A DNA stretch of 64,000 nucleotides, the filler included, from Basidiobolus ranarum (Eukaryota), in the NCBI GenBank assembly GCA_040143965.1. It is 19 parts of 19 records of this genome, joined end to end, with 100 filler letters (N's around TTAATTAATTAA, not from the genome) between each part and the next. Parts side by side here need not be neighbours in the genome. Positions count along the whole stretch, not along the records: positions 13,596 to 16,889 come from JASJQH010009461.1; positions 16,990 to 20,279 come from JASJQH010009462.1; positions 20,380 to 23,668 come from JASJQH010009463.1; positions 23,769 to 27,055 come from JASJQH010009464.1; positions 27,156 to 30,441 come from JASJQH010009465.1; 14 more parts are not named here. One strand, given 5' to 3'. This document shows positions 14,430-27,875 of the stretch, piece after piece. How positions within the stretch are numbered: the stretch's first letter is position 1; each line of letters begins with the position of its first letter. Position numbers and translations under genes: made by a program. The notes beneath the pieces are model-generated. The model ran no database searches. It was not told the DNA's origin and worked only from the letters and a program-made list of their open reading frames with translations.

Positions 14430-15257
14430 CTAGTCAGACGCGTCTTCAATATCAGACTCAGTATCCCATCCATCTTCCCACTCTTCACCTTTTACTGGAA
14501 TTCCGCGGCTCTTCCAAAATAATTTCCCATAAGTACACAAAAGCTCTTCGTCCTTTTCTATTCTTTTTAAAATTTTGCACCCCATTCGGACTTGACCACT
14601 CGTCTCACATCGATATAAATCCCAAGCTACATTAGGCCCTTGCTCTTGAGTACGTATCTGTCTGAAATCGTTTACAAAGCGCCCTTGGTTTCCTGCTTTG
14701 CAAGCATCGAGGTTTAAACAATCCAATAGATGCAAGGTATAATCGGATTCAGGGTCAGTCACGTTGTCTGGAAGGACTTCAGCAATATAATCCAAAAGGA
14801 GAGCTCCTGGTCGAAGAGTTGTACAAGCAAAGAGACCATAAGAATTAAGAACTGGATGTGTTGGTGGTGAAGTAATAAGTCGAATCTCGTAAAGAGGGGA
14901 GTCATGTCCGTTGGGTAAAGTTGGAACAGTTAAAAGACGCCCTATTGGAATTTCATCGTATTCCAGCTCAAGTTCGGTTCTTTTTGGAAGTTGTTCATCT
15001 TGCATTACTCTATCTATTACTGTGGAAGAGCCTGTAACTGAATCTGAATTCTGCTTTTTATCTTGGCTTTTGTTTGATGAGTTGACACTTTTCTCAACAT
15101 TAGCAGATATTGATTGTGCTTTTAGCTGACGTTTGCCTTGTATAACATCCAACAGATCACTAGAGATACTAGGGTGATATCTATATTCCGTCAAATACTC
15201 CACATCTTTGGGCCAATTAACAGGTAGGCTTGACGACGAATTTGTCAAAGTAGTCAT
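14430..15257 (-). CDS. SET-domain protein (intronless)
   Basis: YGLFA..LLDYIAEV..LDACKAGNQGRFVNDFR..PNV..IEKDEELLCTYGKLFW are SET motifs. ATG at 15257. Confidence 0.85.
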   Translation of the reverse strand: MTTLTNSSSSLPVNWPKDVEYLTEYRYHPSISSDLLDVIQGKRQLKAQSISANVEKSVNSSNKSQDKKQNSDSVTGSSTVIDRVMQDEQLPKRTELELEYDEIPIGRLLTVPTLPNGHDSPLYEIRLITSPPTHPVLNSYGLFACTTLRPGALLLDYIAEVLPDNVTDPESDYTLHLLDCLNLDACKAGNQGRFVNDFRQIRTQEQGPNVAWDLYRCETSGQVRMGCKILKRIEKDEELLCTYGKLFWKSRGIPVKGEEWEDGWDTESDIEDASD

Positions 15258-16157
15258 AACCAAACTTAGCGCTTTGCGCGTCTTCTATAGTATTAATACG
15301 GCCAGAGCTGCTCATATTGTATCACTGTTGGATTTGAAAAAAAAAATCATTTCAAATGAAGTTTACCATAAATACTCGCTTCGAATGACCACTAATTTGG
15401 ATAATTATGATTTGTGACTTACTTGGTTGACAATGATGGTTAACCCCAATCGCGATTAGAGCTCGCTACATCAAGATGCCCCATCATCCAAATTTAAAAA
15501 CCTGTGGACTGTAAAGGATGTTATTGTCATGGTGATGTACCAGTCACAATGTGTGGTGACTTCAGAAAGAGAGTTAGAACTGCTAGTGCTTCGTAGGTGC
15601 ATAAAAGAGAATGATAAATAAACCATATTGCTTTGATCTACTGCTCTATCTAACATATCGAACATTATTATCAATACTTATGGCATAGAGGTGCAAACCA
15701 AAGTGAAAGAGTAAGGTAAGAAACAAGAGCTCTTTGGAAGTTACTCTCACAAAGAATAATGCTACTTGGTTATGCACTGAGAATCACTGTTATGATTGTT
15801 GAGAAGATACTATATCTGTAACGTATGGCTGATGGATTAAAGAGTGGAGAGACTTGGAGACAGTAAAGTACCACAGTCAGGTAACAAGCTATTTGTATAT
15901 GATATATGAGTAGTACACTGGATATGCTTAAATTCGAGCTACCAAAGCTAAACTGATTTTCTTACTAACATTATTTTTCTTTAATTTTGATACTGGCATA
16001 AATTCCAAAATATGATGATATTTAGTTTAAATGTTATGGATTAGGTGTATTTGGTTACTACGAGTAGGTTAAAGATGTGCTAAGAGGCACAACCAGAGAT
16101 AAGTAATGTTAAGTTACTTGAAGGTAGGATGAGTGTGCCAATTTATAGAGAAGATAA

Positions 16158-16889
16158 TTAAATATCAGCGGTTAAGTTTTGAGTCACAGCCTTTTGAATG
16201 GCACCATCAGTGGATTGCTGCTTATGCTCCAATGGCATGAAGATAATTTTAGTACCACTACTTTTACTCATGCTACTTAGAGTCTCCAAATAACGGATTT
16301 GCATGGCAGCTGGAGTATTTAGAATTTCTGCTGCTTCACGCATCAGCTTTGCGGAATCGACTTCAGCCTGAGCGGAGATTACCTTGGACTCTCCGATTCT
16401 TTTTTGAGTGGCAGCACTTGAGAGTGACTCCTGTAGTTCCTTTGAAAAGTCCAAGTCTTTGATCAGGATTGACTCGATGGTAACACCCCATTCTCTAGCA
16501 GGAATATCTATCATTTCGCGAATGTCATCTGCAATAGTCTCACGGTTCTCAATGCAATCTTGTAGAACTCGTGTGCCTAGTACACCACGAAGGGTAGTTT
16601 GGGTACGTTCTATCAAGGCTTGGTGGACATTACTGACTCCAAAGAGTGCTTGATAAGGATCCACTACGTGATAATAGAGTACTGAATCAATGGTGATGTT
16701 GACATTGTCTTTAGTCATGATACGAATATTCTCGATGGAGGCAATCTGAATCTTAATATCCACTTTATGAAGGGATTCTGTCAAAGGATTGATGGAGACT
16801 AGACCAGGATCAACGCATCTATATACACGTCCGAATTTTGACACTAGGCCCACAGTTCCTTGAACAATTTCTTTGTTGGGATTGGGACA
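16158..16889 (-). CDS. Stomatin/SPFH (band 7) family protein (5' truncated)
   Basis: GLVSKFGR..TKDNVNITIDSVLYY..ERTQTTLR..AKLMREAAEILNTPAAMQIRYLETL. Confidence 0.93.
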   Translation of the reverse strand, partial: CPNPNKEIVQGTVGLVSKFGRVYRCVDPGLVSINPLTESLHKVDIKIQIASIENIRIMTKDNVNITIDSVLYYHVVDPYQALFGVSNVHQALIERTQTTLRGVLGTRVLQDCIENRETIADDIREMIDIPAREWGVTIESILIKDLDFSKELQESLSSAATQKRIGESKVISAQAEVDSAKLMREAAEILNTPAAMQIRYLETLSSMSKSSGTKIIFMPLEHKQQSTDGAIQKAVTQNLTADI

Positions 16890-17999
16890 NNNNNNNNNNN
16901 NNNNNNNNNNNNNNNNNNNNNNNNNNNNNNNNNTTAATTAATTAANNNNNNNNNNNNNNNNNNNNNNNNNNNNNNNNNNNNNNNNNNNNAAAACTTACCA
17001 CAGGCTCCCCACATACTTTTAAGAAATTTCTAAAATATCAAATAAAAATATGTATTTGTCTTTGTAGTTTTTTCACCCCCCCCCCCTCACTTATTCATTG
17101 GATCTTATAAAGCAAATTCCAGCTTACCTGATTTGCTTCTCTGCTTTAGAAGCCAAAATATTCTGTTAAGATATAGTACAACTACAACAGTACCACAAGT
17201 ATTTTATATATATTGCAGGCTATCCTTATTATGACCAAATCCTACAACATGCTGATAATTGAATGACACATACACAAAATATAAATTAGATATACCTGCT
17301 AGCATATTTTTTGACATGTATTGCCACTAGCAATGCTCATAAACCATATATCTAAAAAAGATGAAGAATTCTAACTAAGAGCAAAGAGAATAATTGTACT
17401 TGATGATTTCAGTACAAATGCTGCACAAACTAAACTCTGCTTAAAAAAGCTGATTATCCTCACTAGATTTTAAGTAACTTTCCAGTTCAGTGTCACCATG
17501 TATATTTGAGTTTACATGCATATTGTCTTTCTAACATATCACCTGAAATTTGAAAATATATTGTAGATAAGTTACGACTCAAAAGAAATCCAGGATTACA
17601 AACCTTATGATTAGACATTGGAATAAGCCTATATAAGTTCTTGTTAATATTCAGAAAAAAATAGAATTGCTGCTAGAGTGCCCAATAATATGAAGCAATG
17701 GTCAATATAAAAATATCACTCGTGAAAGGTTTTCAAACTTCCTTAGTATTCAAATATAAAGATACATCCAGTTCAAACACATTTGTTGCGTTTATTCGCG
17801 TTAAAGTATTCGTTACATGTGGGGTAGATATTTCAATGTCTCCGATATTAGGTGCTTCGTGTACTAGCTTCCGCTTACTATCTGGCTGGCTTATTCAACA
17901 ATGCGATACAAATTTTGCACATATATATGCGACCGGCTAAATTGGGGTAGATTGCATAATAGGCACTCTAATTGTCTAGAATGACCAACCATATCGAAT

Positions 18000-19600
18000 T
18001 TATGTTGAACTCCAGCTAGGCCTGGTGTATAGATATACATAGGAAGACAACGCCCTTAAGCGTTTTTAGAAAGTGTAGTGCTACCAACTCCCATAACAAA
18101 GGATTTACTTTCGTGGGGTGAATTTTAGGAATGATGGACCAGTCACTTTTATCTCCTCCTCCTCATAAAAGGTAATATGGGCTTAAGTAAGCTAGCTAGG
18201 GAATAAATCCCTAGTAGTGCAGATATCTCTAGTCCAATTTCTCGCTAATACTTTGCTCCAATAACCTCGCCTATTAGCTGGTCATTTGAATCATGATAGG
18301 AGCAGCACTTGAGCATGTGCACATTGAAAGTCAGTCTATTCAATTCAAGGGATGGATGATTTGTCTGGGAACGAGCTTTAAGAAGCATCCGCCTAGGAGC
18401 AAATCGATTTGGATTTTATTGCGCTGGATAGCAATCACACGTATGAAACATAATTATCAGTTGAGTATATATCCAGTTTGAAATATTCACCAGTGACTCA
18501 GTTTCTTCCAGGAGAATTCGATATCGAAGTTTGGTCAAACAAAAGTCATGAGTGCCTTGATTGAGAGCTTGAGTACTGATTTTAGAGGTTTAGGCCTCCA
18601 TGCACAAACCAGGAGCACCCTCGATTTGAATTGCTGGGGTGGGAATGGTCAAAGTATGTGAATCCTTGAATGTTCTCTTAAGAATTCAGCGACTTGAAGT
18701 CAGGCCCTGTTGAAAGTACTGATTCCCATTGCGAGCGAGAATTGCCCCCAACATTGTTGGAGATCCAAACAAGTAATGCCTTAACAATCGTGCTCGTTGT
18801 GAAGAATATATTAGCTAGCTACCGACTCATTCGCTCTAGAGTCACAACTGTCCCAGAAAGCTCATGGAAATGGTCTTGGTAAGTGTGGGAGTTTAAAGAA
18901 TGATTTGATCGTTTCATATTACACCAAGGTGGATGCTGGGGAGAAGTATGTGAACGGATATTCGTGCCACCAGAAACAAGATTATGTCAGACACTGAATT
19001 CGATGTTTTGGAAGTCGTAGGAACACTACATGGAGATCTTTTTCTCTGAACGAATTAGGATTCAAGGCTGTCACACTTGCTATCACTCACTTCCCGTCAT
19101 TTGAAAAGCTAAATAATGACAACACTGAGCGATCCGTATCCATGAGTTTTGCATTTGAATATATTATGGCCTGGGTGCCACATTGTATGACGTCGCAATT
19201 CAACCGGATTCCAATTAATTGAGATTCTAAAATATGGCAACAGGTTGGTTTCATCGCTCTCGATTACTTCAAAGGATCCGAGAAACTGGGTTTTGATCAG
19301 GAACCTCAGCTTTGATAACGCACGCACGAAGGATTCGTGAACATAGGTGGCACAGCTGAAATCAAGAGGAAGCCTAGGTATGTGTGGAAAGCGATGTGCA
19401 AGCATGAGACGACCGTTTACTAGTGGCTCATAGGCACCTGGTGTACTCTAGCCTTCATCTCTCCAATAATAGTCAATACCAGTCCAGCGTAGAACTCACA
19501 TGGTCTGTGTGAAGAATGTGGTGTATCATCCAACAAATAAGCAGCGGGCCTTCGACAGCAAACACCTTCGACTCATCCAACATTAATTAGTACTTCTATG
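18000..19600 (+). mobile_element. Very old Ty3/gypsy-like pol relic (tentative)
   Basis: Scattered motif remnants in the expected order: LLRWIA (RNase H end, about 18420), FW..CHTC (integrase zinc finger, about 19005-19080), WVLIRN..KPRY (integrase C-terminus, about 19285-19385). Many stops and frameshifts. Confidence 0.35.
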
Positions 19601-20379
19601 AAGTAATTGGTTCAGTTACATTGATCTGAGTCCATACACTATTGGCTGATCTATTCATAGCCCATGGCGCTCATTATGACCCCAAAGTGGCGACGTTGTA
19701 AAATTAGTTGGAACACGTTTTCCTTTCAAGGGAGTAGAGTCGATATTGATTTGATCTTAGCGACGGGGATTGACGAGCATATGGGAGCCTCACGTAGGAC
19801 AGATGAAATTCTCACGAATGAAATTGAATGCGCTCATCAAAGTAATCCATTCACTGGCAGAATACCTCTTCGTCACGTGGCTGGTTTCGGATTAGCTTCT
19901 GTTGGAGATGCCACGATATATTGCGAGGAAGAAAGAGTCAGAGCTGATTAGTAGTTGTTGGGTCTTCCATGAATTTGACCAACCTAATGTGTTCCTAATT
20001 TGATATTCAATCCTCAAAGCAACCGTTCGCTGATGAGGGTGAATATTAAAGTGATACATCTGGCCTTATTGTTATTGCCTTTCAATTTCGTGCATAGGGA
20101 TGAACAGCCACAATGTTTGTTGGAGACGGTGTGACCTTCGTTATTTCCCTCAGGAGATATGGCCCGCTCCCTAGTTCCTTAATTCGAAATCCTTTGATTG
20201 CCTAGCGATTTTTCACAGCTAGAGAAGCTAACTATGTCTCTAACAGTAATTCTAAATGTGCCTACCATTATTCCTTGGGNNNNNNNNNNNNNNNNNNNNN
20301 NNNNNNNNNNNNNNNNNNNNNNNTTAATTAATTAANNNNNNNNNNNNNNNNNNNNNNNNNNNNNNNNNNNNNNNNNNNN

Positions 20380-20775
20380 GGTGACAATACGTTCTAATTC
20401 TTCGTTAGTGAGTTCACCAGCTCTCTTGGTAAGGTCAATATCAGCCTTCTTGCAGACCATAGTAGAATAACGTCTACCAACACCCTTGATGGCAGTCAAG
20501 GCAAATACAACCTTGGTTCTACCTTCAATATTGGTATTGAGGAGACGGATAATGTGTTGGAATTGGTTCTTGTCGGGAACTACGAGAGACTAAAGAAGAG
20601 AGAGCATTAGTAATTGATATCTAAGTTGCGGGCGGTTACATAAAATGGTGGATTTAGAGGGCAGAAATAATGTGCATGCATCTACATGTTTAACGAATAC
20701 ATCCATCATTCAAATTCTCTAGGTTTTACGATCTCAATAGGCATATACACAAAAAAGTTAAATTTCCCTTACCAT
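20380..20775 (-). CDS. RPS18: 40S ribosomal protein S18 (uS13); ATG-only first exon, intron 20590-20772, 3' truncated
   Basis: [62 protein letters not shown]. Confidence 0.97.
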
Positions 20776-21208
20776 GATGAACGCTTAGACACCAAGTAAA
20801 GGAGGAAGCGTCTACAATAGTCGTCAACCTACTTTATTCATTGAGACTAAAAAAAAAGTGAAAAAAAAGGATGAATTTCTGATCAAAAATTATCCCTCTT
20901 ACTGAAATACCCCATTTTGACCACACTTTTAAGCAATGATTGATTTCGGTGGATTTATTCCATAATATTTTCAAATATCATGGTAATTTTATATGGATCA
21001 TGAAATATAAATGCATTAAATAAGTTGGGTTAAGACAAGCGAAATTAAGCCCAACTAGCACTTGATCATTAATCTGTCTACGATGCTCAATGACGAGTGA
21101 CATATTGCATAGACTGCTCTTGCTATTTTAAAATGCAGAGTTTCATCACTACGTGTTTTTTTATTATCTCCCAGAAATAAAGGACTCTTTAGTCTAGTGT
21201 CCATTGAA

Positions 21209-23668
21209 ATGGGATTTATTGAGGAACTATCAAAAGTAGAAGAGAATGTTGGAGAAGGTAACATATTTATGCATACAGCGATAGACATGGTTACAGCGTA
21301 GCTACATCACAAGAAGCAATTACTGATCCACATTTACATTTGTCTAGGCTCTAGTAAAGAGCTAGAGTTTGGGTTATTAGATGTTGGAAATTCGGGTCGT
21401 ATAAAACTCATACCTAAACGACAAGATCCTACTGATATATATCGTGTTGTTAGCGATGTAAGTTAAAGTTATTCTCTGTTGTTCTGAGAGTCTTCAACCT
21501 AACCTTGTTTATAGCATCCCATTGGCTTTGCTCCTCCAGTAACTAGAGATGAAATTTTAAAGGATTTAGAAGAAAAATACCTGAAGCCTAAGAAAGTCAT
21601 GAATGACAAATGGCTTTCCAAGTGTCAAGAGTATTTTACACTTTGTTTTATTATTTCTTATTTCAAGATTTTAAATTCAATCAACTTTTAAAGATATTGG
21701 TTTAAGCCTTCCGAGTATACCAACTTACTTCTTTCAGAGCCTTCAAAACCTGCAACAAAGATTGATTTTGTCAGAGATCCCCTTAGTGATCAGATTAACG
21801 GTTATGAAGAGGTAATACCCACCTAGTAAATTCCTTTATTAGCTTCAAATACTAAGAGAATGTCCATACGAAATATATCAATGTTACAGACCGCTATACC
21901 CGAATCAGCTTTAACGGCTTCGAACTCCACTTCCTTACAAAGAGAACCAGGCGTAATGAATGATTTTGTGCGTGGAAGAGCAGGCAATTTTCCATTTGCA
22001 CCGGGTATTTCTTACTCATTTCAATTGTCGATATGCCAATATCTAACCATTGAGCATTATGACATTGTGTAGGCGGTTTGGAATACGATATTATGGCTGA
22101 GACGGTTGAGGATATTGCCAAAGGAATTGAGAAAAGTTTGAGTCTTCATGAGGGTTAGTTAGTTAATTACAAAGACTAAACAATACCTAGTCTGTCAACT
22201 ATTTTGCATTACGGGTTGTTAATCATTTCGCGATAATTAGATGAGATTCTATCCATTCCACCTGGCTTTGATCGTGGTTTAGCTCTTGAAGGTATGCTGA
22301 ATGATTTTTTAGATATCAAAGGACAAGATCTTTACCATTCGGCTGTTATTGAATAGAAGGGAAAGAATACAATCAGTCGGTTCCGAACTCGCTGTGTATT
22401 GAAAATATCTTTGATGATGATGATTTCGATATTGACCAATACCTGAATGAAGTCCCTGTGAGTATGATGTTATGTACAGTTCAATCGTTGGGATTTTACT
22501 CATTATCCGAATAATTTATTTAGGTTTCGGAGGTGATTGAAGAAGAGGCTAAAGAAGGTTTGTGTAGTATTTGTCGTTGACTGGAATTTAATTTCGCTGA
22601 TGATTATCAATCTTTTAGAAAAATTATCAGAGAGCAAAGATAGCTTGGAGAAAAGTATCGATGACCTTCTTCCGGAACGTGTTAGTATATCTATGTGGTA
22701 CAGTTGTATAATCACTTGCTCAATCATCATTGACTGTTAGGCACCCCCGATTTTGATGGCTCCTCGACAAGGGCCTGCCATTTCACGTAATAAAGAATGG
22801 GCTCATGTGGTGGACATCAATACTGATTTAAGTAATTTCGACGAGCTCGTGCCGGAACTGGCTCACGAGGTTAGTTGCGCGTTATACTGATTCAATGAAC
22901 TAACGTTAATGTCGTGTTTAGTATCCTTTTGAGCTAGATACCTTCCAAAAGCAGGCAGTCTACCATTTGGAAAATGGAGATTCAGTATTTGTCGCGGCTC
23001 ACACATCTGCTGGTAAAACTGTAGTAGCAGAATATGCAATTGCTCTGGCCACTAAGCATATGACTCGGTAAGTTAATCTACGTGAGTATTGAATACATTT
23101 GGATAAACTTCTGATATTTTTTTGTAGTGCTATCTATACCTCCCCTATTAAGGCTCTCTCAAATCAGAAATTCCGAGATTTCAAAAACACCTTTGATGAT
23201 GTTGGTATTCTTACTGGTGATATTCAAATTAATCCAGAAGCCTCTTGTTTGATTATGACTACCGAGATTCTCCGGTCTATGCTCTACAGAGGAGCTGACT
23301 TGATCCGTGACGTGGAGTTTGTAATCTTTGATGAGGTTCATTACGTGAATGACAGTGAGGTAGAGTATTTTCATTATTTATGCTTGGTGAAGCGATTCAA
23401 CTTAGATAAGCATTTCATAACCACGTTCTTTCAATCGTCTAGCGTGGTGTGGTTTGGGAGGAGGTAATCATTATGCTCCCCGCTCACGTTAGTCTTATCT
23501 TACTCTCCGCCACCGTTCCTAATACCAAAGAATTTGCTGATTGGGTTGGGTAATGTATCTTCCATTACGTACGGGTTGTCTTGAAGTCGGCTAATATATC
23601 AATGTATATCCTCTCCTATAGTCGAACAAAGAAAAGAGATATTTATGTCATCAGTACACCCAAGCGTC
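21209..23668 (+). CDS. SKI2: Ski2 DExH RNA helicase, about 14 short introns, 3' truncated
   Basis: [14 protein letters not shown] (Ski2 N-terminal), [75 protein letters not shown]. The start codon position is inferred. Confidence 0.92.
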
Positions 23669-24969
23669 NNNNNNNNNNNNNNNNNNNNNNNNNNNNNNNN
23701 NNNNNNNNNNNNTTAATTAATTAANNNNNNNNNNNNNNNNNNNNNNNNNNNNNNNNNNNNNNNNNNNNGCACCCCGAGGAGCTTCCCGGCCTGATTGATA
23801 AAATGAAGCAAGTTCAAGAGGATGTTGCAGTTTCGACTGTTGTTCTTCACCTTTTTTCACCAACATTTACCTGGGTCAAATTAGACGGGGTTTTCTGGGC
23901 AACACAAGATAGTCTCCTTTTAGTAGTACGCTCTTATAAACCCAAAATACACCAAAGGCCATGGCGATTTCTGTTGGACTCTGGAACCGACACTACCAGT
24001 GAAGCGGAATTACTAGAATTCGCAGCAGAGATAGAGTAGCTCAGTAACTTTACGGACACATTTTATTTTATGAATCATATACCCCAAGAAAATAAATTAT
24101 AAGGTCGCCTTTTAACTCTAGTTTGCTATATACATCCTTAACATGCAATAGGGGGTTTTTACATTATCCGAACCGAGTGTATTCGATCATATAGGGCCGA
24201 GATCTATGTAGCATGTAATATATTCAGCATGGAATCATTGTCTGTTGACAATAGCTTCATTACACTTGAGTTTTGCTCTGTGCACTGTATTGTTCTCAGT
24301 ACAATATGCCTCCTTCCGTACTCAATACTGGCTAGGTTTGTATGTTCGAACATAATAAACATACGACAATCTACCGAGGTTCAGGCTTCACATTACATGT
24401 CATATGATTTCCTACCAATGCGTACGACCCTTGAAACAGAGCAATTATACACTACAATGCGTCTAATGATGAAGCCTTGAAACAGCCACACGGGTGCAGA
24501 TGGCCATTCTCAAAGTTGTGAGGAGGATAATTTTAATTTGGCCGCTCCGAAACGAGCTGCGCATACCGTATTCTGGCTACAATACAACTATGGATATCCA
24601 TTGACATAGGGAATTTCAGACCACATACGTGTGGTGGATTGAGGATTTTTAGGCGTGTTTCATAAACTCTCAAATTCATTCAAACCCTCGATGATTGCAA
24701 ATGGATAAAATGGAATGAAGGAGAGAATGGAACAATAATGCTTGTAGGAATCCCATTCATACTTCTATTCCTACGTTTCAGCGCAAGTTAGAGCGACTTC
24801 TGAAACGCTTTGTAAGTTGTGACATTAATGGTATCCGGGTTTTGAAGAAAACATCATGGCTCGAGACACAATTTGATTTCCAACCTCAGTTGGATATAAA
24901 AGTGTCCGTATGAACTGCGAATCGAAGTAATATTTCCAGTTTAATCTTATTTGACCATTGATTTGAATC

Positions 24970-25740
24970 ATGAGCCATCTTACCAAGTCAGCCAACATCT
25001 TAGTTGCTAAAGCTCCAAAAATGGTCAAAAAGCCCGGGTTTGGGTTTAAATCCGCGTCTAGTCCGACTGAGAAGCAAGTCGTGTCGGGCCTAACACAAGT
25101 GCTTGACGAGAAGCTAGTGGGTCATATGATCAAATATCTTGATCTCGCCACCTTGATTAGTGCTATGGAAACCTGTAAAAGTTGGTGGAAATTAGGGATC
25201 CCTGTGGTTCAGGAGCATTTGAAAGGAAGCAAATTCACTCTCTTGCTACAACAAGAATACCGACTAAAACACACTGTTGAGTTCACTTACGAAATGATCG
25301 ATCCGTCCTCAGGACAGGTGATATTCATGGCTTGCAACCCCAATCCGCGCAGATACTATCATGGCTCGCCTCAGCCTGATGTCACGGACTTTACATTTAC
25401 CCAACAATATACTCAGACCATATTAGCCACCAAGAACTATACAACTGATATCAAACGTGGCGGAGTCAAGGGAACTTCGCACCCATTGGATGGCAAGAAG
25501 CCTACCAATCCAAAATCTTGGGAGTTCTTCTATAGAGTGGTTGAGGATGGCAAAGAGCGCTGGGTTTATCCTATCACTTTCCAGTGCGATCTGTGCTTTT
25601 TGACTTCTCCAGAACCTGCCTCTCCCACCACCGTCAACAGAATCACCAATTGGATCAAAAGAACCCCAAGTGTTCAAGAAATACGCCGCAAAAATAGTAC
25701 CAGATCTCTCTTCAGAAGAAAAACGCTATCTGCTGCATAG
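24970..25740 (+). CDS. F-box-like protein (intronless, 256 aa)
   Basis: LDEKLVGHMIKYLDLATLISAMETCKSWWKL fits the F-box consensus. TATAAA at about 24895. Confidence 0.7.
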   Translation: MSHLTKSANILVAKAPKMVKKPGFGFKSASSPTEKQVVSGLTQVLDEKLVGHMIKYLDLATLISAMETCKSWWKLGIPVVQEHLKGSKFTLLLQQEYRLKHTVEFTYEMIDPSSGQVIFMACNPNPRRYYHGSPQPDVTDFTFTQQYTQTILATKNYTTDIKRGGVKGTSHPLDGKKPTNPKSWEFFYRVVEDGKERWVYPITFQCDLCFLTSPEPASPTTVNRITNWIKRTPSVQEIRRKNSTRSLFRRKTLSAA

Positions 25741-26322
25741 TCTCACAATAGCCTTCAGCCTCCAACAAATTAGAATGTCGTACCAGAATTTAAAGATTCC
25801 CAATCAAATCTTTTATGCCATTTCCCCCAGTTGTGTTTAGATTACCATTTAAGAGTAACGTGGCAAGCATGCAAGTGTGGTAAATAAATATATAGAAATC
25901 CTGTTTGCTCAATCACATTAATCACTGGTTTTAAAACGAGCAGTGTACTTGTGCCCTTTTGGGGAGGTATAATTTCAGATGTAACCCACGTACTGGCCAA
26001 CTCCTGCCAAGCCTGCAACTAATGCTGGGATATCGTAAAGTTATGCTGTCCATCTTTTGATCTGCTAATAAATTGTAGGGCATTCTACACAAAAGTCTAT
26101 ATGCCGTTGAAACCCCATCAAATATATTTAGCAAAACCTGTTATTAACAATACAGATATTAAGTTTCATGAGGTTCAAGTGTATGGTAGCATAGTAACTT
26201 GGAGCTTTTATGAAAACTGAGAGAGACACTTAAACTATAGGCCAAATATACGGTGTGAGGCATTTTCAAAGTTGAAAACTTTACTTTTGTTTTAGACAGG
26301 ACGAGCACCAAAACAATATATA

Positions 26323-27055
26323 ATGAGTTTACGTTCACCACCACAAAAACTCAAGTCTGAAGCAACTAAACACAGAGTTTCTTCATTCAGTGGTAATAGT
26401 GATAGTATACCGAAGGAAAAAATGCTTCTTTCAACAACTGTACCCAAACCTGGAGTTGTTAGTTCTTTAACCCAAGTGTTTGAAGCAAACCTGATACAAA
26501 GTTCCAACCAATTCCCACCTGTTTCTGGAAGTAGTTCGCGTTCAAATTACTCCACCATAAGACCTCGAAATTCCACCATTTCAGCACTTGGAAGAAATTC
26601 AAATAGCGCAAAGAGAGGTTCAATACAGGGAATCTTTACTGTAGACGAAACTTCATCTTATGATGAATTTAAAGCCAAATTTCAGCAAGTTCCCACAAAT
26701 ACGAAAGTATATTACTACTTTACATAAGTATATGAGATTGATACTTTAACTAAAATATTGTTTCAGGCCTCTCAAACCTCACAAACATTATCGCGGTCGA
26801 GAAAATTCCCATTTCATCAATTCAAACACACTGTCGAATTGAAGACTTCACCAACTCATTCGGATACAGTTCGTACAGAGACAAGCTTACTTGGAAAGTT
26901 GACAAGTAACACGGATAAAGCGCAGAGTTTACTTGTTATTGATGAAGAAACTATCACATCAAGTTATGATAGTATTGAAGACATTATTACCAACACACTG
27001 CCTACTTCGTCAAACGATATAGTTGCTGATATTTCTAACCATCCAACACCCTTTC
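26323..27055 (+). CDS. Ser/Thr-rich N-terminus of an unknown protein (intron about 26707-26766; 3' truncated)
   Basis: Two consecutive open frames joined by a GTAT...TTTCAG intron with an ACTAA branch site. Low-complexity sequence with no recognised domain. Confidence 0.6.
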
Positions 27056-27155
27056 NNNNNNNNNNNNNNNNNNNNNNNNNNNNNNNNNNNNNNNNNNNNT
27101 TAATTAATTAANNNNNNNNNNNNNNNNNNNNNNNNNNNNNNNNNNNNNNNNNNNN

Positions 27156-27855
27156 GTCCTGGTTTGTTACAACCATAGCATAAACCTGGTTTCCTTCTTT
27201 TGTAACCTTTGTACTTGCCAAAGCTACATTTTCCAGCTCCAAAAAGAGCCACTTCCTCAGATTCTTATTCCAAATTCTTACTTCTGAGATGTTGCTCCAT
27301 TAGCCTTGGTACCACAAACTCCACAGACAACTTGTGAGATCTTGCTTCCAAAGCTGTGACCAAGTTTGAATACTGTTCTGGTAGACTACTTAAAAGAGTC
27401 ATAATGACATCTTCTTGACATAAAGTTGCACCAATATTTTTCAGTTGTTTTGCCAAAGATCTCACATTTGAAATATGTGTAACCATGCTTTCAGACTTTT
27501 CCATCTTTATATTGAAGAATTTTTGTCTGAGAAAAAATCTATCAGCAAGACTCTTTGCTTCACAACACTCTTCCAATATAGTCCAAGCTTGATGGGAAGT
27601 CTTTGCATATTGAATATTCACAAGTTGTGAGTCCTTCAAACTTTGACAAATAACATTAAAGGCCTTCTTGTCACTTTTCTTGCATGCTTCCAATAAAGAA
27701 GGGTCAGAAGGTTTCTTTTCATCTCCAGAGACTACATCCCAAAGCCCCCTGTCTTTGAGTATGATTTGCATCTTGAACTTCCAGATATTGTAACATTCTT
27801 TGTCAAGCTTTTCAACACTTGAGTTAATAAAGATAGTAGTAGTGGTTTATGTCAT
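27156..27855 (-). mobile_element. Ty1/copia gag (family A)
   Basis: WKFKMQIILKDRGLW..LLSSLPEQYSNLVTALE followed by a zinc-knuckle remnant. Near-identical sibling at 37309-37795. Confidence 0.9.
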
Positions 27856-27875
27856 GCTGTAAAGGTTAGAACATG

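Noticed and set aside
25078-26490. Shared VVSxLTQV word in the F-box protein and the next gene as a sign of duplication
   Set aside because: The match is only about 8-12 aa with divergent codons and no flanking similarity; most likely coincidence.
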